64,000 nt of DNA, from the NCBI GenBank assembly GCA_012295275.1, contig CM022675.1, positions 14,756,001 to 14,820,000 on the forward strand. The letters are read 5' to 3'. This stretch comes from Chrysomallon squamiferum. Lineage: Eukaryota; Animalia; Mollusca. How positions within the stretch are numbered: the first letter of the stretch is position 1; each line of letters begins with the position of its first letter. The position numbers and the translations under genes are program-made. The notes under the pieces were generated by a model. That model had not been told where the DNA came from, made no database searches, and saw only the letters and a program-made list of their open reading frames with translations. Of the stretch, positions 24,317 to 35,532 are shown one piece after another.

Positions 24317-25960
24317 ACAGAACACTTCACAACAACAATCAAAACATTCATACATCATGTATTAAAAGTACAACACTTTGCTTTCTCATGTTTACTTCAG
24401 TGAACAAAATAATGAAAATAACAGTGGAACAGTTTCATTGTTGTTTAACTTATTTCATACAAAAATGTTACCTTTAAGGACACAAGTCTGGATATGTTAG
24501 ATCAAGTAGTACACATCACTTAATATAATTAGATAATAGGGCTGACATTATTAGTTTATTATAACCATAATCAAAATTGATTCTCACTATCAAACAAACT
24601 TGAGAACAGTGACTGTCTGCAAAGCAATAGAAGTAACATATTATATATGACAATACACTGTATATACCAATCAATATATATATAGATAGATATTATAAAG
24701 AGTTTTGACTAACAGCATAAGGATGATAGCTGAATTTTGAAAATTAGCAGAAGTATTAATAGAAATATTTTAAAATAGCTTCACTTACCTCTTTCTTGTT
24801 GAAGTACACAACACTTTATGATGCTTATTGTTCTTCTTCATTCTTTGATGCTCATTCACTGGTCAGCTTCCAGTCTAAGTATCTCAGTCTAGGGTATACA
24901 TTTCCTGATTATGGGGATATGCTTTTGCAGTTAGTAAAAGTTAAAACAATAACCAGTCACATTTCCTCAACTCTACTTAATCATTTGTGTGAGAGGCAGA
25001 AAAAATTAAAAAAAAGTGTTTTAAATTGCTGCTTCACAATTATCGTGACAATGAAAATGGAAAATTGCCCGGAGAAACGCTGTGTCACTGTGACAGGTGT
25101 TTACTGAATCAGAGTTTAACCATCCACCTACTGCTTATGACAGACAAACAATTTCGCAAACTTATTAATTATTGTTTTTAGTACGAGACTAAAACAACTA
25201 ATATCATGTTTCATCTTTCAAAGTTGAAACTATTACCAGTGCATCTCTATCAGTCTAACAAGACAGTCAATGATTCATACCAAAAAAAAAAAAAATTAAA
25301 ATTGAAAATTAAAAACGAAAAAATTAAACATGTACCATTTATACAAATGAATTTCATTTATATTTAATCATTTAGTTTAAATTTCAAGTACTCATGGTGA
25401 GAAATACATGCTCTGATGTGTTGAAGTTATTTTTCTCTTTGCCAAAATCTTTCTTGTCATAGGATTCAGTTAGTTTTCAGTTTAGTAATTCACCGTGCAT
25501 ACAGACTGTGAAGAAATGAGCTAGCACTTTGGTCACAGAATACGCTGGACCGGTCAGTTTATTCAACTTTTTTTTTAATGAAATTTTTAATTTTTTTATT
25601 TTTATCGTAAACTTGAAAGCGATGAAAAAGTTATTAACAGTGTATTGTATTGTGTTTCATGACGAGCTTTTATACACGAAGAAAACAAAAAAAAAAACAC
25701 TTTCATTCAGCATTCGTGTTATTCAGATTTAAAAATTTGTAATTCTCAGGCAATAGCCGTGGTGGAGTGACATCGTCAGACAAAACTAAATTTTCAGCTA
25801 AAACAGGAGATATCACCTACCAGCTCGTTCATACAGTCAAACTGCCTCACCTACCAACTCGTTCGTAGTCAAACTGCCAAGCAGAGTGATCCTTTCAGAA
25901 CCTACTTCACGCTGCATCACTGAATGATAAAAATAAAATATGTATTATATCGTGTTTTAG

Positions 25961-26052
25961 TACCTGAGTCTTTTCCCCGATTTTCACGTGCATCCGCCAG
26001 AATCAGAAAGCAACAGACGAATGCAGTTAAACTCGGGGAAAAGACTGCGGTG
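25961..26052 (-). other. Long imperfect palindrome / RNA hairpin (about 90 nt)
   Basis: Perfect 14-bp inverted repeat AGTCTTTTCCCCGA (25967-25980) / TCGGGGAAAAGACT (26033-26046), plus an inner stem TGCATTCGTC/GGCGGATGCA that pairs with G:U on the minus strand. Confidence 0.8.
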
Positions 26053-27719
26053 CTGATGTGTACTTAGAGTACAGTATTCGCAGTGATTTATGGCGTTTAT
26101 TTATTTATTTATTTATTTGTTATTGTCTCGATTTGTTTCTAAGAGCACTCCAAATAAAACAATAATCAGAAATAACAAAAGCAAAATTAGTAAAGAAAAA
26201 CATTCATACGCACACACATATTTACATTTAAAAAGTATAGAAAAGTACATACCTAAGTAGATTAAAAAGAGGACATAAATAAATCATCATCATCATCATC
26301 ATACTTCTCTTGAGTTAAACTTTGTAAGATGTTTCCTTTCCAACATCATCTAGTTTATTCATTAGTATGTTTGCACTATTAATGGTTTCCATACAATAAT
26401 TGAGAACAAAAGAACAAACATTATAATTGAAAGAAAAAGTTTTTTGTTTGTTTCGCTTTTTATGATTATTTATTTATTTAACTATTTATATTTTTTAAAA
26501 GAAAGAAGCAATATTTTAAAACCGAAAACACTAAAAATATTAGTGAAGGAAATTATGTAATATGATGGATATTATTTTCATTATGTTTAGACTTTCTTTT
26601 GAAACACAATTAGAAAAAATAAATAAATAAAACATTTTTTTAACCAAATTCAGTGTAAAACATAGTAAGCAATGTCTTGGTATATATATATATATACATA
26701 TTTCTTCTGTTTCTTTCAATTATTATTTTTTTTATTTGTTTTTTTAAACAAAACCAATAACCATCATAACAATTTACATAAATGCCTTTTTTATTTAGAA
26801 AATATGTATATTATTTCTCATAACAAAGATGTCCAGATTTCACACAGGAGGGAGAACGTTTTTTTTCCAAATTTCTAATTTAGATAAAAATAGCTATAAT
26901 TATTACGTCTATATTGTCAAATGCAAGCTAAATTCGCTTGTGTAGTCTTCCACAATATTAACATCAAAGAAACTCATAGCAATGAACAGAAACGAATTTA
27001 AGTTAGGATTACAGCGTCCAGTGTTAAGGAACATAGCTCTTATCTTTTTAAAAATAATTCCTTTTTATAAAAATATAGCCTGACTGTAAATATTCAATAT
27101 TCTGCTACGATATTATGTAGAAGCGCGTACATAAAATTCATTGATTCAAAACTGGAAATAAACAAAATATTAGCTCTTCAAATTAAATATAATTACATTA
27201 ATAAAAGAAATAATTTAATGAAATTAATGAAATACAATTATATTATAAATTTACCAACAGATGATAGTAATGGCTTTTGAAGACAGAGATTTAAAAATTC
27301 TGCCCTTGCCTTTGATCAAGCAATGTCGATTGTACCTTTCATTGGTTCAGATGGCTGCTTCATCTTAGTTTTTTGTTAAGTGGAATCAAAGGAAAAGTAA
27401 ACAAATAAATTATTTATTAACATTTAAATGCGGTGGGTTTATTTGAAAACTCAGTGTCTAATATGATTAAATGTACTACTGAGTGTATCGCAGTTGATCT
27501 AATTCGTCTGGCGGACGTTTATCTCAGAATTAGGAAAAACAGCGAGTGAGAAATCGTTGTGTTTATGTTTGATTCTACGATTACTATGCAGCATCAGTTG
27601 AATACAAAATATTCGGTCAAGTCATGCTCAGCTACGGAAGATCACTAGAATCAGGCCAGTATCGGACCAGTGATGCCACCAAAACTGGTGAATGAACTTG
27701 TGACGTCGCGAATGGTCCA

Positions 27720-27790
27720 TTGCAATGGCTACTCCCAAGTAACATCATGGAGTCTGAAACAACAACTGCATTCAAAACACTACTGGGACC
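27720..27790 (+). mobile_element. Possible CR1/L2-type LINE ORF2 C-terminal remnant
   Basis: Reads QWLLPSNIMESETTTAFKTLL, resembling the W-x-x-L-P...F-K-x-x-L terminus of CR1/L2 ORF2. Very short. Confidence 0.4.
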
Positions 27791-27914
27791 CATTTCCTTC
27801 AAATCCACTTTGTTAATATATAGTTTTGTTGTTTGTTTGTTTGTTTTTCATTTTTTTCAATTTTAAAATATTCATGCTAAATATATTTATATTTATATAT
27901 GTCCTCATTCTCAT

Positions 27915-28606
27915 CATTATTTGTACAGACTCACTTTTATCTCTCCAAGCTTTACAACGTAGAAGCTGGATTATCCCGTAATTGGAATGGTGACACAAAA
28001 GAGTGTCTTTTTAAATATTGCCAGTAAGGACATTATTTTCTGTTGGGTACCCAGACATGTTGACATAAGGGGTGATGAAAGGCAGATTCTGCTGCCGAGT
28101 CTGCTTTGGATTTGCCACATGCTGAGGTTGGTGTGCCAGATACTATTTTAAGCATCATTTCGGCCAGTAAGTATATCGTTTCCAGAAGCCCTGGGAGATT
28201 GGCGGTCCTCATACAGGTAGTGCAGGAAGGATGAATATGTCTTCTGTCGTGCCAGTGTCGATCGTGCACTTTTTCTCATTCGTGTATCTTAAAGAAAGAT
28301 CCTCCACCTCAATGTGAACACTGTCTGCGTACTTTGACAGTTCACCATATTTCTCTGGAATAAAGTCATTTTAAAGAGGCGAGTAAGGACATATTTGATA
28401 GATTTAATGTGGAGAAATTGTTTAGATACCATTCAGATCTTTTATTAAATTTTTAAAAGAAAATTTCCTTTTAAAATTCAGTGAGATATAATATTTACAT
28501 TTTACACAGCTCTTTACACTGCGTTTTATAAACTTTTGATATTTTTATATTAATTTACTTCCAATAGCAGATCTGTTCTTAGTGCTGGGGTGTCATTAAA
28601 TATTCA
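27915..28606 (+). mobile_element. 5'-truncated I-group LINE 3' end (RNase H C-terminus, C-terminal zinc-finger region, 3' UTR)
   Basis: Translation across frameshifts gives IICTDSLLSLQAL...IIFCWVPRHVDIRGDE-ADSAAESAL and LKKDPPPQCEHCLRTLTVHHI. It ends in the tail-like gtgctggggtgtcattaaatattca. Confidence 0.85.
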
Positions 28607-28809
28607 GTATAACATTCGTTATATGAATGGAGTTATTCCCCTTAGACTGTAAATCATTTTCTTCAGACTTCACTTGCATGAATTTTAAATGAGTTTTGCC
28701 AACGTATTAGAATCAACATTTATTTACTATTTTAATATGTTATGATTGTTATTGCATAATGCATAATCATTAATTTTCTGGGTTTGGTTTTCGTATTCAT
28801 TACCAGTGA

Positions 28810-29700
28810 TGTCAGGAGGTAGGACATGGACAAGGGATATTAAACAAAACAGAATAAATAAACGACAACAACAACAAAAGCAACAAATATATACAACATT
28901 CACTTGTAGCAACAACAAACATATATAAGACACACGTGCAAGAACTGGAAACATACACACAAAGTACAATAAATGCAACATATAGGACAAGGCAAACAAA
29001 AATGTCACATCATACATAACATACCATATCACAGAAAACACAAAACAACACATAACAAAATCTAGACAGTACACACACACACACACGAGACACGCATACA
29101 AGACCAAAGCATGCACCAAACATACCACATACCTAAAACTCAACATATAACAAGCACACCAGTCATCACAGTATGCGATGGTGAGTACTCTGTGTACTGT
29201 TGTATGCTGAGTACAGGTACATGTTGTGTTTGGTGCATATGTTTGATACACAACACAATAGAAACTACAGACACATCAGAGACAGCACGTCATACACTTA
29301 ATATACAAACACAGCATAAGTCATCAACAAAGCAAATATACAAGACAGACATTTCAAATACCATACAGAGCAATGCAAACAAAACAAAACACCACCTAAG
29401 ATATCACACCGGACACAAAACTGACGTGAATAAATGCCGCAAAGAAAAAACACACATGCAAGAACAACAAATATATACAAGAGAAATATGCAAAAACAAA
29501 CATATACAAGATACACATGCAACTACATCAAACACACAGAAGACACAGATTGTTCCATATTCAGGACAAGTCGCACAAAACGCACCAGACCACAAACAGC
29601 AGACCACACCCGACGAAGAACAGAAACGACAGGAGACACAAAACACGAACATGCAACATCAAGTCACACCTTCGGTACTCAATACAAACTAACTAATCTG
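28810..29700. repeat. Second CA-rich dispersed repeat, related to 21757-24400
   Basis: Shared motifs ATGTCACATCATACA, CATGTTG..TTTGGTGC, CAGGACAAGT...CAAAA, GGACAAGGCA.ACAAAA and CAGACCACAC. Confidence 0.6.
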
Positions 29701-30140
29701 CTCATTAGTGGATGATACAAAGAAAACGAAACAAAAATTCAAATTAAATACTGGAATATAAAGCTTATAAACTACTACTACTACTACTACTACTACTGCT
29801 GCTGCTGCTACTACTACTACTACTAATAATAATAATGTCGATCGTTAAATGTGAATTGCATAATTCTATAAGAAACGAATTCATACGAGTAACAGAGTAT
29901 AACACAAAGCTGTTTATGCCAGAAAAAAACTAAAAATACAATGCTGACTTTAAAATGTTGTCTAACGTGAAAGTTTAAGATAATTAGTTTATTTTGGTAT
30001 CAAAGGCGTTGACAATTTCTGAAATATAAACACTAAAGAGAGGGAGAGAGATTTTAATTTTATTTTTATTTTTAATTAAAATTCTCTCTCACACTGTATG
30101 TGTGTAATGTGCGTGTGCGTTTGTTGTCTGTATGCATGTA

Positions 30141-30187
<47 letters not shown>

Positions 30188-30891
30188 CGTTCTAACCTGA
30201 CAACATTTTAGTATTCTGTAGACACCACTGTCTGAGCTCCTTGTTGGAAGTAGTTTGTTTTACTTGCTGAGGTTTAGTAAAATATTCGTGATCGTATTGG
30301 AGTTATTCCCCTTAGACTGTAAATTATTTTCTTCTGATTTTACTTGTCTGAATTTGCATTCTTGTTTTCAAGCTAGTGTTTGGGTATATTTAATCAAGTA
30401 ATGGTATTGTATCTTTTTCTAAGGATGCTGCATTTTATAATTACCTTTTGAAAGCGAAAAATCCGATTCATAATGATATAATTTAATTTCTATTAAATGA
30501 AGTGACATATGTCTTTTGGACCAGTTGTAAAAAGCGCGTTTTTTTTTAGCACAAAGTAATCAATTAAATATGTTTAGTTTTACAAATTCTTTCTACAGTG
30601 AAAGTTAGAATAAAATAGATTCATGTTGTTTTTCCTTCGATAAATTTACAATTGCTGGAATAAACCTGGATTTTTTTTCTGAGAAGTACATAAAATATTT
30701 ATTTATTTTTTATCGTACGAAAATGCTCATCATTATAATTCATTCTTGAAAAATACCTTTGTATTTAAAACTGAAAAAAAAAGAAGAAGAAAGAAGCCAT
30801 CTGAAACGTCCTCTATTCGGTGACATCGATATTAAACTGATTTCTGAACAGGAATGGGGTATTTGGGGGATCGTTCGCGCATGCTCGCGCG

Positions 30892-30942
<51 letters not shown>

Positions 30943-33061
30943 AGAGCGAGACATTATAATAAATAAATTATTGAATTGAACAATATGAACATATACAGTC
31001 TTGTATACAGTCTTGTTAAAAAGATTTAACGTAAAGTATCTGTTAAGAACACACATTTTATCACCTAAGTACATGAATACCTCCCTTTGTCCATCCATAC
31101 TTAGAATACATTCAGTATTGCCATCCACATTCGTGTCTTTGGCGCAAACATTTAAGTTACGAATGGACGTAATACTTACGATTTTGACGAATCTCTCTTA
31201 CTGAAACGTCGCGTGAAATTATAAATTCGAGGGCTATAATGAAAATGTTTTACCCTCAGGAGCTTTAAATTCACGATTTGTTTTTAGTTGTTTCAAAGTT
31301 AAAGATCAGAAACGTATATGAACACCATAATTATTAAACAAACAAAACCAAAAAAATCACAAAAAACCCCAAATAGATCCCAAAACAAAAACCAATAATA
31401 ATAATCAAAAGATAAATATCTAAACTCGTTATCCTATTTTATTTTGTTATTATTATTTTTATTTTTACTAAATAAAACTCATTTCATCCACCATGTTTAC
31501 TGCACTCCTTTTCTGAACTGTGAATCTTCACCTCTACAAATATATTTTGTTCATTCCAGATTACTGGTGGCTGTTAAGCCATAATATTTTTGTTTACTCT
31601 TATTTATTCAGTGTATGTATTTATATTTTAACCAGTTCTAACAAGGGCAGATTCAATATTTGATATATGGTTGGTACATATACATTTCAGTGTAAAATGT
31701 TATGAACTTGATCATTAAAAATCACACACACACACACACACACACAAGAGCATAAAACATAAAGGTAGGTGGTAAGTGCAAAGGACCTAATTAAAGAGAA
31801 ATGTAAATTTTATTTTTTATTAACTTATTTTAGCATTAAACATTTAATGGGAGAAGAAAACAAATCTAGTATCATTATTCAATTAGCAGTAAAATATATG
31901 TTATTTGTACCTTCCCATACAATCAGCAACTTTAAACTGCCCACTGGACAGAGCAGGCTTCCAGCATTTGTTCTCCAATCACTTGAGAATAACGTGGAGG
32001 GATATGTTATAAGATGGAGACAAAATATAACCAGATAAAGTTTTTCATTCAGTTATTTAAGTTACAGGTTGAAGTTACATTATAGTCAGATAAAGGTGAT
32101 ACAGTGAACTATTTGATTAAGTTAGACATTTTGTTAAGACTGGAGACATAGCCAAAGATTTGTCCTTAACAGCTGCTTTTGGCAAAGATAATTTTAAATC
32201 CCTGTTTAGTAATGAACAGAAAACAGAAAAGAAAAACGTACATTTTTTATCTTTATTTATTCTGGATACTAAAATATTATCCATGTAATGTGACATATAT
32301 TAGATGAACACAGTAAAAACAAAAAACTAGTCAAATGCTCCAATGAATATAAAGTTAACAAAACACAGGTTATTTGCATATAAGTAAAATTGACCACTGC
32401 TGTCACCTTGGTTACAGAGAACAGTTTGTAGATATAAACTTTCCAACCAGGGTCTTTTTACCTTTTTTTTCTTTATTAAATATAATAATGAATATTTTTT
32501 TTTATTCTTGTTGTTGTTTTTGTTTGTTTATTTATTATTACTTTAGAAAAGATATATATATATATATAGATTATTTAAAAATGTCTTAATAACTTACTCA
32601 AATCTCACCATGTGCCACTTTTAGATTTAAATTTAGAGGTAAACTGGAAGCTGCAACAAGCTGAAAATATTTAAAGCTGTATCTAAATAGATGCATTTCA
32701 TGAATTACAATTAATCAGGTGGGAATGCTAAATGAAATTCTATCATAAAATTATTTACACTTATATTTAATTTTTTAAACAGTATTGTAACTTTACTAGT
32801 TGTAACTGTTTCAGTTTTGGAATGCTTGTAATCAGTGTCACTGATCAAGACATCTGATTCAAACCTTTAATTTAAATGTGTAGTAAAACCAACCAGGACT
32901 CAGGAAACACATTATCCATTTTGTCTGTTTCCAAGGTGACAGCATTGAACAAGTGTTATATTTTTCATTACAGCATTCACAAATAATAATAATAATAATA
33001 AATAAAAATATACAAATTATGATTAAAGCCATGATATCAATTTTGTCACAAAAAGCTATAA

Positions 33062-33117
<56 letters not shown>

Positions 33118-33866
33118 CAATAATAATGATAATAGTAATAATCATAATAATAAAAGAGTAAATATATTTTTATAAAGTTTCACCTTAGATACATTTTGGG
33201 GTTTTGATTATTACAGACAATCAATAAACAAGATGACACACTTGATTTAATAACAAATTATTAGTAAAATCTCAAAAATAAATAAATAAATAAAGATTAT
33301 TCAGTTTCTGTTAAATAGGGGAAAATGACCCAAAACAAAACAAAAATAAAACAAATTTAATTGTTTATATTAAATTGGGAAAAGCAGAAAAAAGGTTACT
33401 AATTTTTTTCATGGGGTGAAAAAAGAGAGAGTAATGCTTATTAACAGTTTAGCCTGACTAATGAAGAATGAAAATTAAACAAGGATTTAAATTAAAAAGA
33501 AAACAACCAAAACTAATAATAAAAGATGCTAAAACTGCACTGGACACTTTTTAAATGTATTATCAATATATATATATGTTTACGTTTTGATCACATAATA
33601 CCTCAAAGAATAGAAAGAAATCTCCCCCCCCAAAAAAAAAAAAAAAAAAAAAAACCCCAGAATAAACATATATATATCAAATGTCATAATGCACATCACA
33701 TTTGATTACAATATTAAAAAAATAATAACAATAATTGTGTAACCCCACCATTTTTGCAAAGAAAAGATTAACTTAAATAACAGTTATTATTACTATTTTT
33801 TCAATATACATTTGAAACTGATAATGAACAAATTTCTATTAATTGTGAAATTTTGGGAGGTGATGG

Positions 33867-33897
<31 letters not shown>

Positions 33898-34687
33898 TAA
33901 TAATAAATAATAAACAAATAAATAAATAAATAATACTAAACTGAGTTGTAACAGTTATAACAGTTTCATTTTGAGACATTCATTATTTATTTTGAGATTT
34001 CAGAAAATACAAGGCACTCTTCTTCCCCAGAACAAAGGGATGTAACCCAACTTAACAAAGGAAAATAACTCTATTCTTATTCAGCCTAGGAAGACTACAT
34101 CCTTCCAGAAACAAAGGAACTGCTACACATTCACTCAATTATTTTAGCAATAACTAGATAAAGGTACTGTAACCATAAATGCATACAGAATTAATATTGC
34201 ATAGTAATTTAAATAACAAATCAGTGAAAATGTGTTCTGGTTTGTATGAAGTTAAACTTAGATGGTGGTCAGGATTAAAGGCATAATTAAAGTTTATGGC
34301 TTTATCTTTCACGGCACCATACACTGAACTGAAGAACTGAAATAAATAAATTTGAAAAACAAATTACAGATGAAAGGCCTATGGAGGTTTCTTAAAGATA
34401 TTTAAATTACTTTGGCATGGGACTGTGACACATGGTTTGTGGTGCAAAATATTTTTTATTAATTTTAGGCACAGATCATGAGAATATTTATTTCTGTGCA
34501 GAACAGGTGAACAAACATACACACAAATACACACACTCATGCACACACACACATACAGAATGAAATATTATTGTTTTTTTATGACCCTGGAAGAATTTCT
34601 TTTTCTGTTTAGCCTTTCTCTGAGAAATGGACCCAACAAACAAATCTATTTCTTGTGAAACAAAACTATTCTAAAACAGTCCTTACC

Positions 34688-34701
34688 GTTGCCTAGGTAA
34701 C
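34688..34701. promoter_or_regulatory. Candidate RFX X-box
   Basis: GTTGCCTAGGTAAC is a near-palindromic match to the X-box consensus. CCAAT boxes lie nearby (about 34930, 34987, 35337, 35373). Motif match only. Confidence 0.35.
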
Positions 34702-35532
34702 AGCAGAGTTGTTATTACTGTTAATACTAATACAAAATATTATTTAAAAAACTGAAATAATAATAGACAGAGAAAAAAGAAATACCACAAAAACAACAAA
34801 AGGAAAAATACAAACAAACGAAAATAATAAATATATTTAAATACAGATACGTAAAAAATCTGATATCATATCCTGGTCCCAATCACACACTAACCTATAT
34901 TTCAGGTTGTCAACACTTCCTATCACCACCAATCAAATCACAGAAATAATGATACCTTGCTCCTAGAGAATGTAACAAACTTTCTGATTGGCCCAGATTG
35001 TTTAGTAACATAAGCAACCATTACTGATTAGTGGAATGAACAGACACACATATATAATTTATAATAATCTGCTTCAGATTTTACATTCATGATTTTAAAA
35101 ATACAAATGCTGAAAAAATAAAAATAAATAAAAATAAAAGTATTTTGAATTTTGATTTGTTAAATCCTGGTTGCTAATATTACACAGTTTGGAGTCACCA
35201 TGCTACAAAACAAAAAGGTTTTTACTAAAACTCTGTGAAAGCATGTTGTGTCATTATTCTAATATTTTCACTTTAAAATTTCTACAATTATGATTAGCTG
35301 ACTAAATTCTAGTGTAAATAAGAGGTACAATGCTGGCCAATCAGATTCTCTTTCAATGATAAATATCACTGGCCAATCAAAAATACAGGTCTGTTTCAAT
35401 GAAGCACATCACTCATTATGCAGAAATTCCTTTTGTCATGGATTTGGCAAAAGTGCCAAGCACCTCGGATTCAGATGATAATGTTTTCCTGACTGTTTAA
35501 AAATGATCCAACTTTGATTATTTATCTTGTTT

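Larger units (their letters stand above)
21757..24400. repeat. CA-rich, strand-biased dispersed repeat block with embedded minisatellites
   Basis: Extreme A/C bias. The motif ATTTGGTGC(C/T)TGT(G/A)TGGTGTG occurs at about 21817 and 23592, and related sequence occurs at 28810-29700. Confidence 0.7.
19887..24904 (-). pseudogene. Decayed multi-exon gene or spliced lncRNA with a coiled-coil-like residual frame
   Basis: Exon-like blocks with canonical sites: 24789-24904 (gtaagt), 21425-21547 (gtaaat), 21091-21149 (gtgagt), 20367-20472 (gtaagt), 19887-20028 (gtaagt). The middle three join in phase, but in-frame stops are present. Confidence 0.45.

Noticed and set aside
21740-24477. Many overlapping Cys/Val- or His/Thr-rich ORFs
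   Set aside because: Products of CA-rich low-complexity sequence and minisatellites; no splice or domain support.
28727-29715. 174-aa and 193-aa ORFs on opposite strands
   Set aside because: They lie within the CA-rich repeat; composition bias explains the lack of stops.
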